Source: Sphingomonadales bacterium
GTDB lineage: Bacteria > Pseudomonadota > Alphaproteobacteria > Sphingomonadales > Sphingomonadaceae
Reading direction: 5' to 3'
Assembly (NCBI GenBank): GCA_031376385.1
Contig: JANMDQ010000018.1
Coordinates: forward strand, 12,673 to 76,672
Length of the DNA: 64,000 nt
A program made the position numbers and the translations under genes. Each line of letters opens with the position of its first letter. Positions within the stretch are counted from its first letter, which is position 1. Below are positions 61,373-64,000 of the stretch, piece after piece. A model generated the notes under the pieces. The model was given only the letters and a program-made list of their open reading frames with translations. It did no database searches and had not been told where the DNA came from.

Positions 61373-64000
61373 AGAAGGTCCTTAAATGGGCGCTCATCCT
61401 GCTGATCGCAGTGCTGGTGATGGCGGGGGCGGCGCTGTTTTTGGCGGACACGGCGTGGGGCCACCGTCAGATCATTGCCCAGATTGAGGGGCAGCGGCCC
61501 AAATCGGGCCTGCGGATAAAGATCAAAGCGATTGAAGGCAGTATCTACGGCCAAGCCAAAGTGAAAGGGCTGACGCTCAGCGACCCCAAGGGCGTGTTTC
61601 TGTCCGTCCCAGCGGCGGACCTTGATTGGGCGCCTGCGGCTTGGCTATCGAACCGGCTGGAGATCAGTCGGCTGGAGGCAAGCGAGGCCGTGCTGCTCCG
61701 CCTCCCCAAACTCATCCCCAGCGCCACTAAGCAGCCGATCTTGCCCAGCTTTGACATCCGGCTCGACGCGTTTCGCATTGCAAAACTGATCATCGAACCG
61801 GGCGTTGCAGGCGAACGGCGCATTGGTTCTGTCTCTGGAAAATTGATAACGGCAGCGGGCAAAGCCAAGCTGAGCCTGCAAGCCGATGCTGCGCTGGGTG
61901 ACCGGCTTTCGGTGATGCTTGATGCAGAGCCTGACCGGGACAAGTTTGATTTAGAGGCGCAATTGACCGCTCCGTCAGGCGGAGTTTTTGGTGCCATCAT
62001 CGGTACGGCCAAACCCACTGCGCTGTCGGTCACTGGCGATGGCAGCTGGACGCGCTGGCAGGGAAGTGGGCATGCCGTGATGGGCGGCGTCCGTATTGCT
62101 GACTTAACGCTGACAGCCAAGGACGGTCGCTTTGGATTAAACGGCATTCTCTCACTTGTGAGCATCACGCAAGGCAAGGTGCAGGCGCTGACAGGCCCGG
62201 TGACGCGCATGAAGGGGGAGGCGCGTTTTCTCAACCGACGGCTAACAGGCTCACTATCCGCCGCTTCTTCAGCCGTTTCTGTGAACGGGACGGGCACTGT
62301 CGATTTGGCCCGAAATAGTTTTGATAATCTGCTGGTGACGGCGCGCTTGGTTCAGCCTGCCAAGCTCTTTCCCAATATGAGCGGTGAGCCCGTGGCTCTG
62401 AAGGCGCGGCTGAACGGTGCATTCGGCAGTGCTGCATTTGACTATTTACTTACGTCTCCGCGCATCATTTTTGGCACGACGGGTCTGGATGATGTGCGCG
62501 CGTCGGGGCAGGGGCGACTATCCAAATGGCCAGTCTCTCTGCCGCTTAAATTCACCGCAACACGGATCACTGGCGTCGGCGATGTTGCGGGCGGCATCTT
62601 GGGCAATGCAAAGGTGGAAGGCCTGCTGCGCATTACCCCGCAAGTCATCACAGGCGATGATCTGAAGCTGACATCGGATAAACTGTCGGGCCGGTTGCAA
62701 CTGTTTGTAGACCTGAAGACCGGCACCTACGACATTGGCCTCGCGGGCCAACTGCTCAGCTATTACATCCCGGGCCTTGGCATTGTGGACGTGAAAAGCG
62801 ATCTGCGCATTGTTCCCGGCTTGGGCGGTAACGGCACACGCGTTGTCGGCACTGGTGAGGCGCGGGTGCGGCGATTTGACAATAGCTTCTTTGCCGGAGT
62901 GGCAGGCGGGTTGCCGGTACTGCGCACGAATTTGGAACGCGGCGCGGACGGGGTGATGCGCTTTACCAAGCTGCAAATCAGCGCGCCGCGATTGGCCTTC
63001 AGCGGCAATGGGTTGCGCCGTCTGGATGGAACGCTGTTCGTTGAAGGCAGCGGCAGGCAAGGCCAATATGGCCCCTTCCGCCTGACGCTGGACGGGATGA
63101 TTGACCGGCCAAAGATTGATATTGTGCTTGCCCGGCCCGCCGATGCGATGGGATTGGCCAATGTGCGCCTGCTGCTTGATCCGAATGCATCTGGTTTTGC
63201 ATTTCGGACGGTGGGTCGTTCGACGATTGGGGCTTTTACTGGCAACGGACAGATCCTCATTCCCAAGGGCGGCAATGCCGTGATCGATATTGCGGAACTC
63301 AGAACATCTGGCCTTCGTGCCTCTGGCCGGTTGGTGGCGCAAACTGGCGGGCTGGCAGGCCGGATGACGCTGGCGGGTGGCGGCGTATCCGGCACGCTTG
63401 ATATGTCGATAGCGCGCGGGCTTCAAGTGCTGGAGGCGCATGTGAACGCGCGTGACGCACGGCTTGATGGCCCGCCGCTGCTTGTGGCGCGCCGCGCCCA
63501 GTTTGACGGGGTAATCACCCTTGATCCAGCGGGGCTTATTATCGACGGCACCGTAACCGGGCAGGGTCTGGCCAGTGGTGATCTCTCGCTGGCACGCTTG
63601 GCCGCTAATGTTCGCCTGCGCGGTGGGGTGGGAGAGATTAAGGCCTCCTTCGCGGGGTCACGCGGGCGCAGTTTCGATTTGCAAACAGTGGCTCAAGTCA
63701 GCCCCAATCGCTGGCAAGTGGTCGGGTCTGGCACGATTGACCGCAAGCCTGTGGCGCTCACCAGTCCAGCGATCCTCACCCGCGAAAGCAGCGGGTGGCG
63801 ATTGGCCCAGGCAGAACTGAGCTTTGCCAGCGGAAAAGCCCGCTTGTCTGGCCTGTTTGGCGATAACGCCAACGAACTGGATGCAACGCTGAGCCAAATG
63901 CCGCTGGCCATTGTTGATATCTTCTCACCGGGACTGGGGCTTGGCGGCGTGGCCAATGGGTCGCTTTCTTATCGGCAAGCAGCGGGTGGCCGCGCGACCG
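61369..64000 (+). CDS. tamB: TamB (AsmA-like), 3' truncated by window; absent from ORF track because no stop is reached
   Basis: TTG overlaps tamA TGA; MKKVLKWALILLIAVLVMAGAALFLADT..G, then SGLRIKIK.IEGSIYG; Gly-rich beta-taco-type sequence. Confidence 0.88.
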   Translation, partial: MKKVLKWALILLIAVLVMAGAALFLADTAWGHRQIIAQIEGQRPKSGLRIKIKAIEGSIYGQAKVKGLTLSDPKGVFLSVPAADLDWAPAAWLSNRLEISRLEASEAVLLRLPKLIPSATKQPILPSFDIRLDAFRIAKLIIEPGVAGERRIGSVSGKLITAAGKAKLSLQADAALGDRLSVMLDAEPDRDKFDLEAQLTAPSGGVFGAIIGTAKPTALSVTGDGSWTRWQGSGHAVMGGVRIADLTLTAKDGRFGLNGILSLVSITQGKVQALTGPVTRMKGEARFLNRRLTGSLSAASSAVSVNGTGTVDLARNSFDNLLVTARLVQPAKLFPNMSGEPVALKARLNGAFGSAAFDYLLTSPRIIFGTTGLDDVRASGQGRLSKWPVSLPLKFTATRITGVGDVAGGILGNAKVEGLLRITPQVITGDDLKLTSDKLSGRLQLFVDLKTGTYDIGLAGQLLSYYIPGLGIVDVKSDLRIVPGLGGNGTRVVGTGEARVRRFDNSFFAGVAGGLPVLRTNLERGADGVMRFTKLQISAPRLAFSGNGLRRLDGTLFVEGSGRQGQYGPFRLTLDGMIDRPKIDIVLARPADAMGLANVRLLLDPNASGFAFRTVGRSTIGAFTGNGQILIPKGGNAVIDIAELRTSGLRASGRLVAQTGGLAGRMTLAGGGVSGTLDMSIARGLQVLEAHVNARDARLDGPPLLVARRAQFDGVITLDPAGLIIDGTVTGQGLASGDLSLARLAANVRLRGGVGEIKASFAGSRGRSFDLQTVAQVSPNRWQVVGSGTIDRKPVALTSPAILTRESSGWRLAQAELSFASGKARLSGLFGDNANELDATLSQMPLAIVDIFSPGLGLGGVANGSLSYRQAAGGRAT

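Noticed and set aside
61545-63956. Several short ORFs listed over the window end
   Set aside because: All lie within the single open tamB frame starting at 61369.

Overview
Chromosomal window from an alphaproteobacterium, most likely Sphingomonadaceae. Clues are the protein sequences, ftsZ not followed by lpxC, and exosortase-A-type glycosylation genes. Contents in order: (1) dcw cluster murE(partial)-murF-mraY-murD-ftsW-murG-murC-murB-ddl-ftsQ-ftsA-ftsZ, then a TPR/SPOR protein and dgt; (2) bfd-bfr and an accessory patch (MarR/SDR, AT-rich secreted protein, radical SAM, DUF418, transglutaminase, TIGR03643); (3) str/S10/spc ribosomal superoperon from rpsL to secY-adk, followed by a DUF1838-like gene rather than rpsM; (4) gdhA, an orphan TIGR02594-like peptidoglycan hydrolase, epoxide hydrolase, dxs, a Fur-family regulator, thiolase, MaoC and putA; (5) a PEP-CTERM-type glycosylation module with MscS; (6) a phage-like CI/Cro switch; (7) tamA-tamB(partial). 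Two observations stand out. First, a stand-alone, apparently intact CI/Cro-like switch at 57766-59297 has no phage genes around it, and its operator region holds a perfect alphaproteobacterial LexA box overlapping an array of TAGGAA/TTCCTA half-sites. Second, five unrelated families of REP-like palindromes occur in the window, two of them in-frame inside housekeeping genes (murB and putA). All family assignments come from motif recognition by eye; no database search was run.
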